This document shows, piece after piece, positions 12,223 to 20,600 of a DNA stretch of 64,000 nt (position 1 is the first letter of the stretch; every line of letters starts with the position of its first letter). The notes beneath the pieces are model-generated. The model was not told the origin of the DNA. It saw only the letters and a list, made by a program, of their open reading frames with translations, and did not search any database. The translations under genes and the position numbers were made by a program. Source of the stretch: Eledone cirrhosa (lineage: Eukaryota); contig OZ024740.1 of NCBI GenBank assembly GCA_964016885.1, forward strand, positions 108,810,001 to 108,874,000, in the 5' to 3' direction.

Positions 12223-15200
12223 CTATAGTCTGATGTAGAGTGAAGGCCCATTCACACGGGCCATTCTCGCCACTTTCACCCATCTTTCATAGAAACGGCT
12301 GGGGTGCAGCACCTCTCTCTCCATCCTGATCCTTCTTCCGAAATGATATCGGAAGAAACGGACCAGTTGTTGGCCAGAGAGAAAGGTGCCCGACCTCAGT
12401 CCTTTCAGACGCGTCCACCATACAACCTCTTTCGCCATGGCTATTACGCACAGAAACACCGCCTCTGCTTCATCTTTGAAGGGGGGAGGCGGCTTGATCA
12501 TTACAATAGACTCGGTGGTCAACCGGATCGGTCCCACCCTTGACAGCAGTTGTTCGACATAGCCCCACAGATCGGCTACGCCCGAGCAGTGTACTAATGC
12601 GTGTGCAACGGTTTCCTCGTCGCACACGCATCTGGGACAGATCTTTTTGGCGGGGTCCCTACCCGGGCGCCCGTGTCTGTAGAGCCTTTCTCGAACGGGT
12701 AAAGCCCCTCGGTAGCACTGCCAGGCCAGGGACTTCTGGAAGTTGTCCATAGGTCCCGGGCTAAATGTCCTACCGAAAAGGCTGGCCAGTTCGTCCTCCT
12801 CCATGTCTAGGGCTTCTCCGAGGGCGTCGTCGCACCTGCTGCGTACCAGCCCTCTATAGAATGTTGCGGTGGAGTCTCCACTGATAACCGGATCCGCCTG
12901 CCAGAGGGCGGTGAGCGCCTGGGCACACTCAGTGTGCCAGGCGCCCAGTTTTCTCGGTCTTTGCTTGACCCAGGATTGCAGCTCGGTGAGTGAGACGAGT
13001 CTGGGAAAGGTTCGTCTCACAAACGAGGCCCACACCGGTTGTCCGGTGAGGAATACGTAGAGGTGCCGTAGCCTTAATGCGTGTTTACGCATCATTAGCC
13101 ACGGCATCCCCAGCCCTCCTTTCGAAGGGTGTTGACAGCAGATGGATCTCCTCACCATAGGAGCCCGCCTCTTCCAAAGGAATTGGAAGAGCGCGCGCTC
13201 CATCTTGGTGAGGGTTTCCCTTGGGCAGGGCACTACGGTCAGGCGGTAGTAGATGACGGACGCTATGTAGGTGTTCGCCACCTCCGCCCGACCTTTCAGG
13301 GATAGTTTGCAACTGGCCCACTTCTGGGTCAGTGCAAACACTCTGTTCGTAACCTCCGCCCAGTTTTTCTCCACCTGGAGGTCCGGTCCGAACCAGACCC
13401 CGAGCAACTTCACCGGGCCCTCCGTCCAGCGTCCGACGACGCTATCGGAGGGCATCGGTCTGCCCCTCCACGTGCCGAGTTGCAAACCGATCGACTTGTC
13501 CCGGTTCAGCTTAGCCCCTGTGAACTTTTCGTACTCCTCCAGTAAGGTGCCGACCGCCTCGATTTCGGAGGCCGTCGACACCATTACTGTCACGTCATCG
13601 GCGTAGGCCGACACCGCTTTCCGCAATCCCGGTTCCAAAGGGATGCCCTGCAACAACTCCAACTTCCGCAGTAGTGGCTCGAGAGTCAATACATACAGAA
13701 GGGAGGAGAGAGGGCACCCTTGTCGGATGGACCGCGCGATTTTGAACGGCTCCGAGAGGTAGCCGTTCACCTTGACCCTAGAGCAGATGCGGCTGCTGTG
13801 CATAGCAGTGATCCAGCCCCTGAAAACGGGTCCGAAGCCTGCCGCCGCTAGCACCGCATCCAGGTAACCATGGTCGACCCTATCGAACGCCTTAGATTGA
13901 TCCAAGTTGATCAGAGCCCCACCAAAGCCGGGTTCGTTCCCAACCCTCTCTATGATGTATCGCATGAGGTGGAGGTTGTCATGGATGGACCTGGACGGGA
14001 TAGCGCATGTCTGCGCATCTCCCACCAGGTTGCCCACGACAAGCGCCAACCTCTTTGCTAGCACCTTGGCCAAAATCTGTAACTCTGTATTTAGCAGTGT
14101 TATGGGCCTGAAGTTACTTATTTCGTCCCCCTTGTTCTCGTCCTTCCTCACTAGCGTGACTACGCCCTTGGTCACAGTACAGGGAATTCTCCCGTTCTGT
14201 TGCCAGTTGCAGTAGACCGCCTCGAGGAGATCGGGGAACAAGTCCGGCATAGCTAGATATAATTCGTAAGGAAGACCATCGAGACCCGGGGATTTGCGTT
14301 TGCCGCATTGGCTCAGCACGTCCTCTATCTCAGCGGCCGAAATCGGCTCCTCGCAGGACTTCGCCTCCCTGTCCGAGAGGCGCGGCAGGCCGTCGAGGTA
14401 TGGACCGAAGTCCACGTTCCCAACCGGCTCCCCGCCCCTCCCGAACAGTCGGGCAAAGTGCCTTTGAAAGGCCTCACACATCTGCTTAGGCTCAAGAATC
14501 GCCCGTCCATCCAGGTCTCGCAAAGACCGGATGGTGGATTTAGTTCCACTGTTGGCCTCTGTCACGCGGGCCCAGCTAACAGCTTTGGTCCCCTCGTTCC
14601 CTAGAGCACGTATTTTACTTCGGACAACGCAGCCTTCGTGCTTCGCGTCGAAAAACTGGCTCAAAGCCGTTCTCGACGCTAGCACTCTGGCCACGTCGCC
14701 GCTTCTAATTGCCTCTTCTACTCTATCTATTAGCTCCCTTTCCTTCCTATTCCTATCCGCAGCTAGAACCTTACTAAATTCTATCGAGACTACTCTAATC
14801 TCTCTCTTTAGAGATACCCACCACCTGCTGTTGACGATCGCTCCAGTCAACCGTTCCTTAACTAACGTACTAATCCGATTCCTGTAGGCTCTACTTGCCG
14901 GCAAGGACAAGTTGAGCTTCCAGTAACCGGGGCCCTGTCTATGAGTTCTGTCAAGGTTGACCATGCAGGTCACTAATTTGTGGTCTGAATAGCCAACAAT
15001 GCGCATTTTTGGACAACTTAAAAATTCCTTATCCTTAATTCTAACTAAGAACCTATCTAGGTACGACCTAGATGATCCGCTACGATTTGCCCAAGTCCAG
15101 GTTGGCGCAGTCGGAAAATCTAGTCGATATCTATCGGCCAGGTCAAATCGACCGATTAACCCTTTGAGGCTATTACACCCCTCTCTATCGGGGCAGGCCC

Positions 15201-15660
15201 CTACGTAGTCCCAACGTGCATCTAGGATACCATTCCAGTCCCCCACTAATAGCAAGGAGCGGGACGTCCCTAGAAAAGTCTCCAGACGATGGAAGAAGTC
15301 CGGCCGCATTGACCCGAAAGGGCCGTAGGCGGCTACCAACCTAAACGCTCCGCCTTTACCACTGCCAAGGTCCAGAACCACTAGTCGACCCTCCGGGTCC
15401 AAATGTACCATCTGTGTTGCGAGACCCAGATGTTTTTGCAGCAGAACGACAACTCCACCCCCACCTCCAGGCTGACAGAGAGATGCGTGCATCTCAAAGT
15501 CATCAAAGGTGGGGGCCAGCTGTCGCACGTTGCTGATCCGGGCCTCGCAAATAACCATCACATCTATACGTTGTGACCTGAGGTCATTTAGAAGCATTGC
15601 TTGCTTCCAAGTTGAGCCCAGGCCACGCGCATTTAAACAGCCTACTCTTAGCATAGCCAT
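12223..15660 (-). CDS. LINE ORF2 protein: APE-type endonuclease, reverse transcriptase, zf-RVT-like zinc finger (1145 aa from ATG at 15660)
   Basis: APE motifs: CLNARGL, VICE, VGDWN, YLDRFL, SDHKLV. RT motifs: SPGLDG, FRPITLLN, LDQSKAFDRVDH, IRQGCPLS, YADD (13594-13605). C-terminal C-x2-C-x8-H-x4-C (CPRCVCDEETVAHALVHC). No internal stops. The ATG is in good Kozak context (ACCAACATGG). The ORF track starts 8 codons earlier, at a GTG. Confidence 0.97.
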   Translation of the reverse strand: MAMLRVGCLNARGLGSTWKQAMLLNDLRSQRIDVMVICEARISNVRQLAPTFDDFEMHASLCQPGGGGGVVVLLQKHLGLATQMVHLDPEGRLVVLDLGSGKGGAFRLVAAYGPFGSMRPDFFHRLETFLGTSRSLLLVGDWNGILDARWDYVGACPDREGCNSLKGLIGRFDLADRYRLDFPTAPTWTWANRSGSSRSYLDRFLVRIKDKEFLSCPKMRIVGYSDHKLVTCMVNLDRTHRQGPGYWKLNLSLPASRAYRNRISTLVKERLTGAIVNSRWWVSLKREIRVVSIEFSKVLAADRNRKERELIDRVEEAIRSGDVARVLASRTALSQFFDAKHEGCVVRSKIRALGNEGTKAVSWARVTEANSGTKSTIRSLRDLDGRAILEPKQMCEAFQRHFARLFGRGGEPVGNVDFGPYLDGLPRLSDREAKSCEEPISAAEIEDVLSQCGKRKSPGLDGLPYELYLAMPDLFPDLLEAVYCNWQQNGRIPCTVTKGVVTLVRKDENKGDEISNFRPITLLNTELQILAKVLAKRLALVVGNLVGDAQTCAIPSRSIHDNLHLMRYIIERVGNEPGFGGALINLDQSKAFDRVDHGYLDAVLAAAGFGPVFRGWITAMHSSRICSRVKVNGYLSEPFKIARSIRQGCPLSSLLYVLTLEPLLRKLELLQGIPLEPGLRKAVSAYADDVTVMVSTASEIEAVGTLLEEYEKFTGAKLNRDKSIGLQLGTWRGRPMPSDSVVGRWTEGPVKLLGVWFGPDLQVEKNWAEVTNRVFALTQKWASCKLSLKGRAEVANTYIASVIYYRLTVVPCPRETLTKMERALFQFLWKRRAPMVRRSICCQHPSKGGLGMPWLMMRKHALRLRHLYVFLTGQPVWASFVRRTFPRLVSLTELQSWVKQRPRKLGAWHTECAQALTALWQADPVISGDSTATFYRGLVRSRCDDALGEALDMEEDELASLFGRTFSPGPMDNFQKSLAWQCYRGALPVRERLYRHGRPGRDPAKKICPRCVCDEETVAHALVHCSGVADLWGYVEQLLSRVGPIRLTTESIVMIKPPPPFKDEAEAVFLCVIAMAKEVVWWTRLKGLRSGTFLSGQQLVRFFRYHFGRRIRMEREVLHPSRFYERWVKVARMARVNGPSLYIRL

Positions 15661-15684
15661 GTTGGTGGTGAAGAGAAAAGGCAC

Positions 15685-16190
15685 TTACCTCTCTGCGTCC
15701 CGGGTATCGGGCTGCACAATTTCCATTAGGGTGGGGGATGGGTTGTTGGGTGGGGTGGTGGTTTGTGGAAGTGTGGGGGCATCAGTGTGTTGTGTGGTTG
15801 GGGAGCTTGGAGTTGTGAGGGTGTTTGGGGAGGGGGTGGGATAGTTTTTTAGGAGGACTCGGTTAATGGGCCCGACGCAGGGGGGACCCACGTCCTCTTT
15901 AAAATTGTTTTTTAAAGTTTTATAGGTGTCCTGTGGGGCCTTAATCATTTTGAGGTGGGGGAAATCCCCTGCCTGGGTGAAGTTAGGCCCTTGTGTTTTT
16001 ATTAGATTGTTGTTGTACACAATGTTTAACAGTTTTTTGTTTCTTGTATTTATGTATGTGTATGCATGTTTTTGTTTTTGTGTGGTGTTTTTTGTTTGCT
16101 GTTGTGAGCTCTTTTGTGTTGGTGTCAGTGTTATGTTTTGGGGAGGGGTTTTTTTCATTTGTGTGTCTGAGGTGTGTTTTCTTTTTTTTT
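15685..16190 (-). CDS. Probable C-terminal continuation of ORF1 in the +1 frame (ORF1b)
   Basis: An open frame (15685-16344) overlaps the ORF1 tail and ends at a TAA 24 nt before the ORF2 ATG. Removing one A from the A9 run at 16182-16190 joins the two into a 593-aa ORF1. The exact shift site is inferred. Confidence 0.6.
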
Positions 16191-17467
16191 CTTTTGATTG
16201 TGTGGAAGTGCTCCTCCTCGTCTGACGACGAACTAGGGTCATCTTCCGCGTTGGAGGGGAGGGGTATATTTTTGGGTTGTGTTTGCGGTACGGGTGTTTT
16301 GGAAATTGTTTTTGTTTTTTGAGTGGAGGGGATGGGTTGGACATTGTTTTGTTTTGGTTTGAGCTGTGGTGGTTGTTTTTGTAGTGGTTGTTGTGGTGAT
16401 TGTGTTGGTTGTGCAGTTGTTGGTGGTGTAGGCAGGATTGGGGTTTTCTTATTAAGTTGGGGACAGACAGCCCTCAGGTGACCTCTGGTTCCGCAGAGGT
16501 AACACGAGGGCCGTCTACCCTCAACGGTAATGTTGATGAAGGTTAGATCATCCAGTATGACGCGTTCAGGGATCTGGGCGATCCTTTCGGGCCTCATTTG
16601 AACTACAAGTTCGAGGCTCGTTCCACTGAACGCGTCACCCGATGCCTTTCCCATGGACACCAGCATGTCATCCTCCAGGTCCAGAAAACCTGTCAAAACC
16701 CACCATATGTCCATAATCGGCAGGATGGTGTGGATTTTTATTTTTTGTGTTCTTCTACCCATGTACGTAGGGTAGAAGGTGTATGCGGTGGATGTGATTG
16801 GTTTGATGGACAGTTTCACTGCTGTGTCCCTGTCCTTCATGAGAATGGATAGACTCCCGTAGAGTCTATCCTTCTGAATGAAGGTGATGTCCTTCATGAC
16901 GTCTTTTAAAACCAGCTCTATCTCGCTCTGTGATGGTTGAGCTGGTTTTTTACTTTTGTTCGAGATTGTCCTAAACATGACCGTGTTTAGGAGTCTCTGG
17001 CTTTTTAGTTCCGGGGGGGAATGGATTGTGAATGAACCATTTTCCCCGTACACTATATATTTTTTCGCATCCGCCAGTAGCTCCTTCGCTTTTGTTATAT
17101 CTACTGGCAGATAGTCGAGGGTTTTCCTTGTCGTCTCGGCGAAGGAGAAATTTTGTTTGTTTGTGTTGTTGTTGTCGTTGGTGGTGTTGTTGTTATCATT
17201 GTTGTTGTTGTCACCGTTATTGGTCTTGTTGTTGTTATTGTTATTGTTATTGGTGTTGTTTTCTACCGTCGCATTGTTGTTGTTGTTGCTGTTGGTTCTT
17301 TGGGTTGTTGCCATGGTAACGTCAAGTTGTCGGTTAACAGGTGGAGAGAATTCTTCCTCTGGCTGACCTATCTTCTTGACCTCTGCTACTGTGACAGTGG
17401 CAGGGGGAAGCTGTAAGTTCATCTTCCCCTTTCCTCCTTCGAATTTTGGTGAAGAAGCTTCGGCCAT
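15983..17467 (-). CDS. LINE ORF1 protein (nucleic-acid-binding, CCHC zinc knuckle); C-terminus probably frameshifted
   Basis: 494-aa ORF upstream of ORF2 on the same strand. It has a zinc knuckle CYLCGTRGHLRAVC (C-x2-C-x4-H-x4-C, 16463-16504), an N-terminal poly-Asn tract, a Pro/Gln/Thr-rich tail and an acidic-then-basic patch (SSSSDEEEH...KRKKKK). Confidence 0.88.
   Translation of the reverse strand: MAEASSPKFEGGKGKMNLQLPPATVTVAEVKKIGQPEEEFSPPVNRQLDVTMATTQRTNSNNNNNATVENNTNNNNNNNNKTNNGDNNNNDNNNTTNDNNNTNKQNFSFAETTRKTLDYLPVDITKAKELLADAKKYIVYGENGSFTIHSPPELKSQRLLNTVMFRTISNKSKKPAQPSQSEIELVLKDVMKDITFIQKDRLYGSLSILMKDRDTAVKLSIKPITSTAYTFYPTYMGRRTQKIKIHTILPIMDIWWVLTGFLDLEDDMLVSMGKASGDAFSGTSLELVVQMRPERIAQIPERVILDDLTFINITVEGRRPSCYLCGTRGHLRAVCPQLNKKTPILPTPPTTAQPTQSPQQPLQKQPPQLKPKQNNVQPIPSTQKTKTISKTPVPQTQPKNIPLPSNAEDDPSSSSDEEEHFHTIKRKKKKTHLRHTNEKNPSPKHNTDTNTKELTTANKKHHTKTKTCIHIHKYKKQKTVKHCVQQQSNKNTRA
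17160..17295 (-). repeat. (AAC/AAT)n trinucleotide microsatellite encoding the poly-Asn tract of ORF1
   Basis: Plus strand shows runs of GTT/ATT; the translation reads NSNNNNN...NNNNNNNN...DNNNNDNNN. Confidence 0.9.
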
Positions 17468-17677
17468 TTAAAAAAATATTGACTTTTCAACAAGAAAAAA
17501 CTTTTTTTAACTATTTCGCCTAAAGGCGTAGAATATTTTGAGAGACTGACCGGATCAAAGTTTGACCTGGCAGTCCCTCTACAAAATGGTACAAAAATTA
17601 AAGTTATCAGACAAGAATTTCTATAGAAATTTAAACAGAACTTACTCAGCAAGTTATACGCGTGTGTCCATCCCAGA
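17468..17677 (-). promoter_or_regulatory. LINE 5' UTR (about 210 nt), putative internal promoter
   Basis: Non-satellite sequence between the right junction and the ORF1 ATG (17467). It contains a 16-bp palindrome AATTTCTATAGAAATT (17616-17631). Promoter function is inferred from L1-group biology only. Confidence 0.55.
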
Positions 17678-20600
17678 GATGACATAGGCTGTGTCTTTCA
17701 TTAGAAATATTGTAATGAAAGGGTTGATGACATAGGCAGTGTCTTTCATTAGAAATATTGTAATGAAAGGGTTGATGACATAGGCAGTGTCTTTCATTAG
17801 AAATATAGTAATGAAAGGGTTGATGACATAGGCAGTGTCATCATTAGAAATATAGTAATGAAAGGGTTGATGACATAGGCAGTGTCTTTCATTAGAAATA
17901 TAGTAATGAAAGGGTTGATGACATAAGCAGTGTCTTTCATTAGAAATATAGTAATGAAAGGGTTGATGACATAGGTAATATCATCATTAGAAATATAGTA
18001 ATGAAAGGGTTGATGACATAGGCTGTGTCTTTCATTAGAAATATTGTAATGAATGGATTAATGACATAGACAGTGTCATCATTAGAAATATTGTAATGAA
18101 AGGGTTGATGACATAGGCAGTGTCTTTCATTAGAAATGAGGTAAGTAAAGGGTTGATGACATAGGCAGTGTCTTTCATTAGAAATATTGTAATGAATGGA
18201 TTAATGACATAGGCAGTGTCTTTCATTAGAAATATAGTAATGAAAGGGTTGATGACATAGGCAGTGTCTTTCATTAGAAATATAGTAATGAAAGGGTTGA
18301 TGACATAGGCAGTGTCTTTCATTAGAAATATAGTAATGAAAGGGTTGATGACATAGGCAGTGTCTTTCATTAGAAATATAGTAATGAAAGAGTTGATGAC
18401 ATAGGCTGTGTGTTTCATTAGAAATATTGTAATGAAAGGGTTGATGACATAGGCAGTGTCTTTCATTAGAAATATAGTAATGAAAGAGTTGATGACATAG
18501 GCAGTGTCTTTCATTAGAAATATAGTAATGAAAGGGTTGATGACATAGGCAGTGTCATCATTAGAAATATAGTAATGAAAGGGTTGATGACATAGGCAGT
18601 GTCTTTCATTAGAAATATAGTAATGAAAGGGTTGATGACATAAGCAGTGTCTTTCATTAGAAATATAGTAATGAAAGGGTTGATGACATAGGCAATATCA
18701 TCATTAGAAATATAGTAATGAAAGGGTTGATGACATAGGCAGTGTCTTTCATTAGAAATATAGTAATGAAAGAGTTGATGACATAGGCTGTGTCTTTCAT
18801 TAGAAATATTGTAATGAAAGGGTTGATGACATAGGCAGTGTCTTTCATTAGAAATATAGTAATGAAAGGGTTGATGACATAGGCAGTGTCTTTCATTAGA
18901 AATATTGTAATGAATGGATTAATGACATAGGCAGTGTCATCATTAGAAATATTGTAATGAAAGGGTTGATGACATAGGCAGTGTCTTTCATTAGAAATGA
19001 GGTAAGTAAAGGGTTGATGACATAGTCAGTGTCTTTCATTAGAAATATTGTAATGAATGGATTAATGACATAGGCAGTGTCTTTCATTAGAAATATAGTA
19101 ATGAAAGGGTTGATGACATAGGCAGTGTCTTTCATTAGAAATATAGTAATGAAAGGGTTGATGACATAGGCAGTGTCTTTCATTAGAAATATTGTAATGA
19201 AAGGGTTGATGACATAGGCAGTCTATTTCATTAGAAATATAGTAATGAAAGGGTTGATGACATAGGCAGTGTCTTTCTTTAGAAATATAGTAATGAAAGG
19301 GTTGATGACATAGGCAGTGTCTTTCATTAGAAATATAGTAATGAAAGGGTTGATGACATAGGCAGTGTCTTTCATTAGAAATATAGTAATGAAAGGGTTG
19401 ATGACATAAGCAGTGTCTTTCATTAGAAATATAGTAATGAAAGGGTTGATGACATAGGCAATATCATCATTAGAAATATAGTAATGAAAGGGTTGATGAC
19501 ATAGGCAGTGTCTTTCATTAGAAATATAGTAATGAAAGAGTTGATGACATAGGCTGTGTCTTTCATTAGAAATATTGTAATGAAAGGGTTGATGACATAG
19601 GCAGTGTCTTTCATTAGAAATATTGTAATGAAAGGGTTGATGACATAGGCAGTGTCTTTCATTAGAAATATAGTAATGAAAGGGTTGATGACATAGGCAG
19701 TGTCATCATTAGAAATATAGTAATGAAAGGGTTGATGACATAGGCAGTGTCTTTCATTAGAAATATAGTAATGAAAGGGTTGATGACATAAGCAGTGTCT
19801 TTCATTAGAAATATAGTAATGAAAGGGTTGATGACATAGGCAATATCATCATTAGAAATATAGTAATGAAAGGGTTGATGACATAGGCAGTGTCTTTCAT
19901 TAGAAATATAGTAATGAAAGAGTTGATGACATAGGCTGTGTCTTTCATTAGAAATATTGTAATGAAAGGGTTGATGACATAGGCAGTGTCTTTCATTAGA
20001 AATATAGTAATGAAAGGGTTGATGACATAGGCAGTGTCTTTCATTAGAAATATTGTAATGAATGGATTAATGACATAGACAGTGTCATCATTAGAAATAT
20101 TGTAATGAAAGGGTTGATGACATAGGCAGTGTCTTTCATTAGAAATGAGGTAAGTAAAGGGTTGATGACATAGGCAGTGTCTTTCATTAGAAATATTGTA
20201 ATGAATGGATTAATGACATAGGCAGTGTCTTTCATTAGAAATATAGTAATGAAAGGGTTGATGACATAGGCAGTGTCTTTCATTAGAAATATAGTAATGA
20301 AAGGGTTGATGACATAGGCAGTGTCTTTCATTAGAAATATTGTAATGAAAGGGTTGATGACATAGGCAGTCTATTTCATTAGAAATATAGTAATGAAAGG
20401 GTTGATGACATAGGCAGTGTCTTTCTTTAGAAATATAGTAATGAAAGGGTTGATGACATAGGCAGTGTCTTTCATTAGAAATATAGTAATGAAAGGGTTG
20501 ATGACATAGGCAGTGTCTTTCATTAGAAATATAGTAATGAAAGAGTTGATGACATAGGCTGTGTCTTTCATTAGAAATATTGTAATGAAAGGGTTGATGA

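Larger units (their letters stand above)
11959..17677 (-). mobile_element. Apparently full-length non-LTR retrotransposon (LINE), L1 group, Tx1-like, about 5.72 kb
   Basis: The only non-satellite block in the window. Layout is 5' UTR, ORF1 (CCHC knuckle), ORF2 (APE endonuclease + RT + C-terminal CCHC), then a 3' UTR with AATAAA. The ORF2 linker GPGYWKLN and the post-RT GGLG motif fit L1/Tx1 ORF2 proteins. The Tx1 assignment is by motif recognition, not phylogeny. Confidence 0.95.

Noticed and set aside
12223-15660. RT as part of a bacterial retron, DGR or group II intron, or as a telomerase-like enzyme that synthesises the satellite
   Set aside because: The APE-RT-CCHC architecture with a CCHC ORF1 is that of a eukaryotic LINE. 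The element contains no satellite-monomer template, and it interrupts a pre-existing variant pattern, so it did not generate the array.
12304-17416. Short plus-strand and alternate-frame ORFs inside the LINE
   Set aside because: They are shadows of the GC-rich ORF2 or of low-complexity ORF1 tracts (poly-Val/Leu/Cys from (GTT)n), with no recognisable domains.
17419-17685. 88-aa minus-strand ORF upstream of ORF1
   Set aside because: Its ATG lies in the flanking satellite, so it is a junction artefact across the 5' UTR, with no motif.
11940-17700. Target-site duplication, LTRs or terminal inverted repeats
   Set aside because: Apparent flank similarity is only the satellite period. Comparison with empty sites shows a deletion, and the element ends share no direct or inverted terminal repeat.
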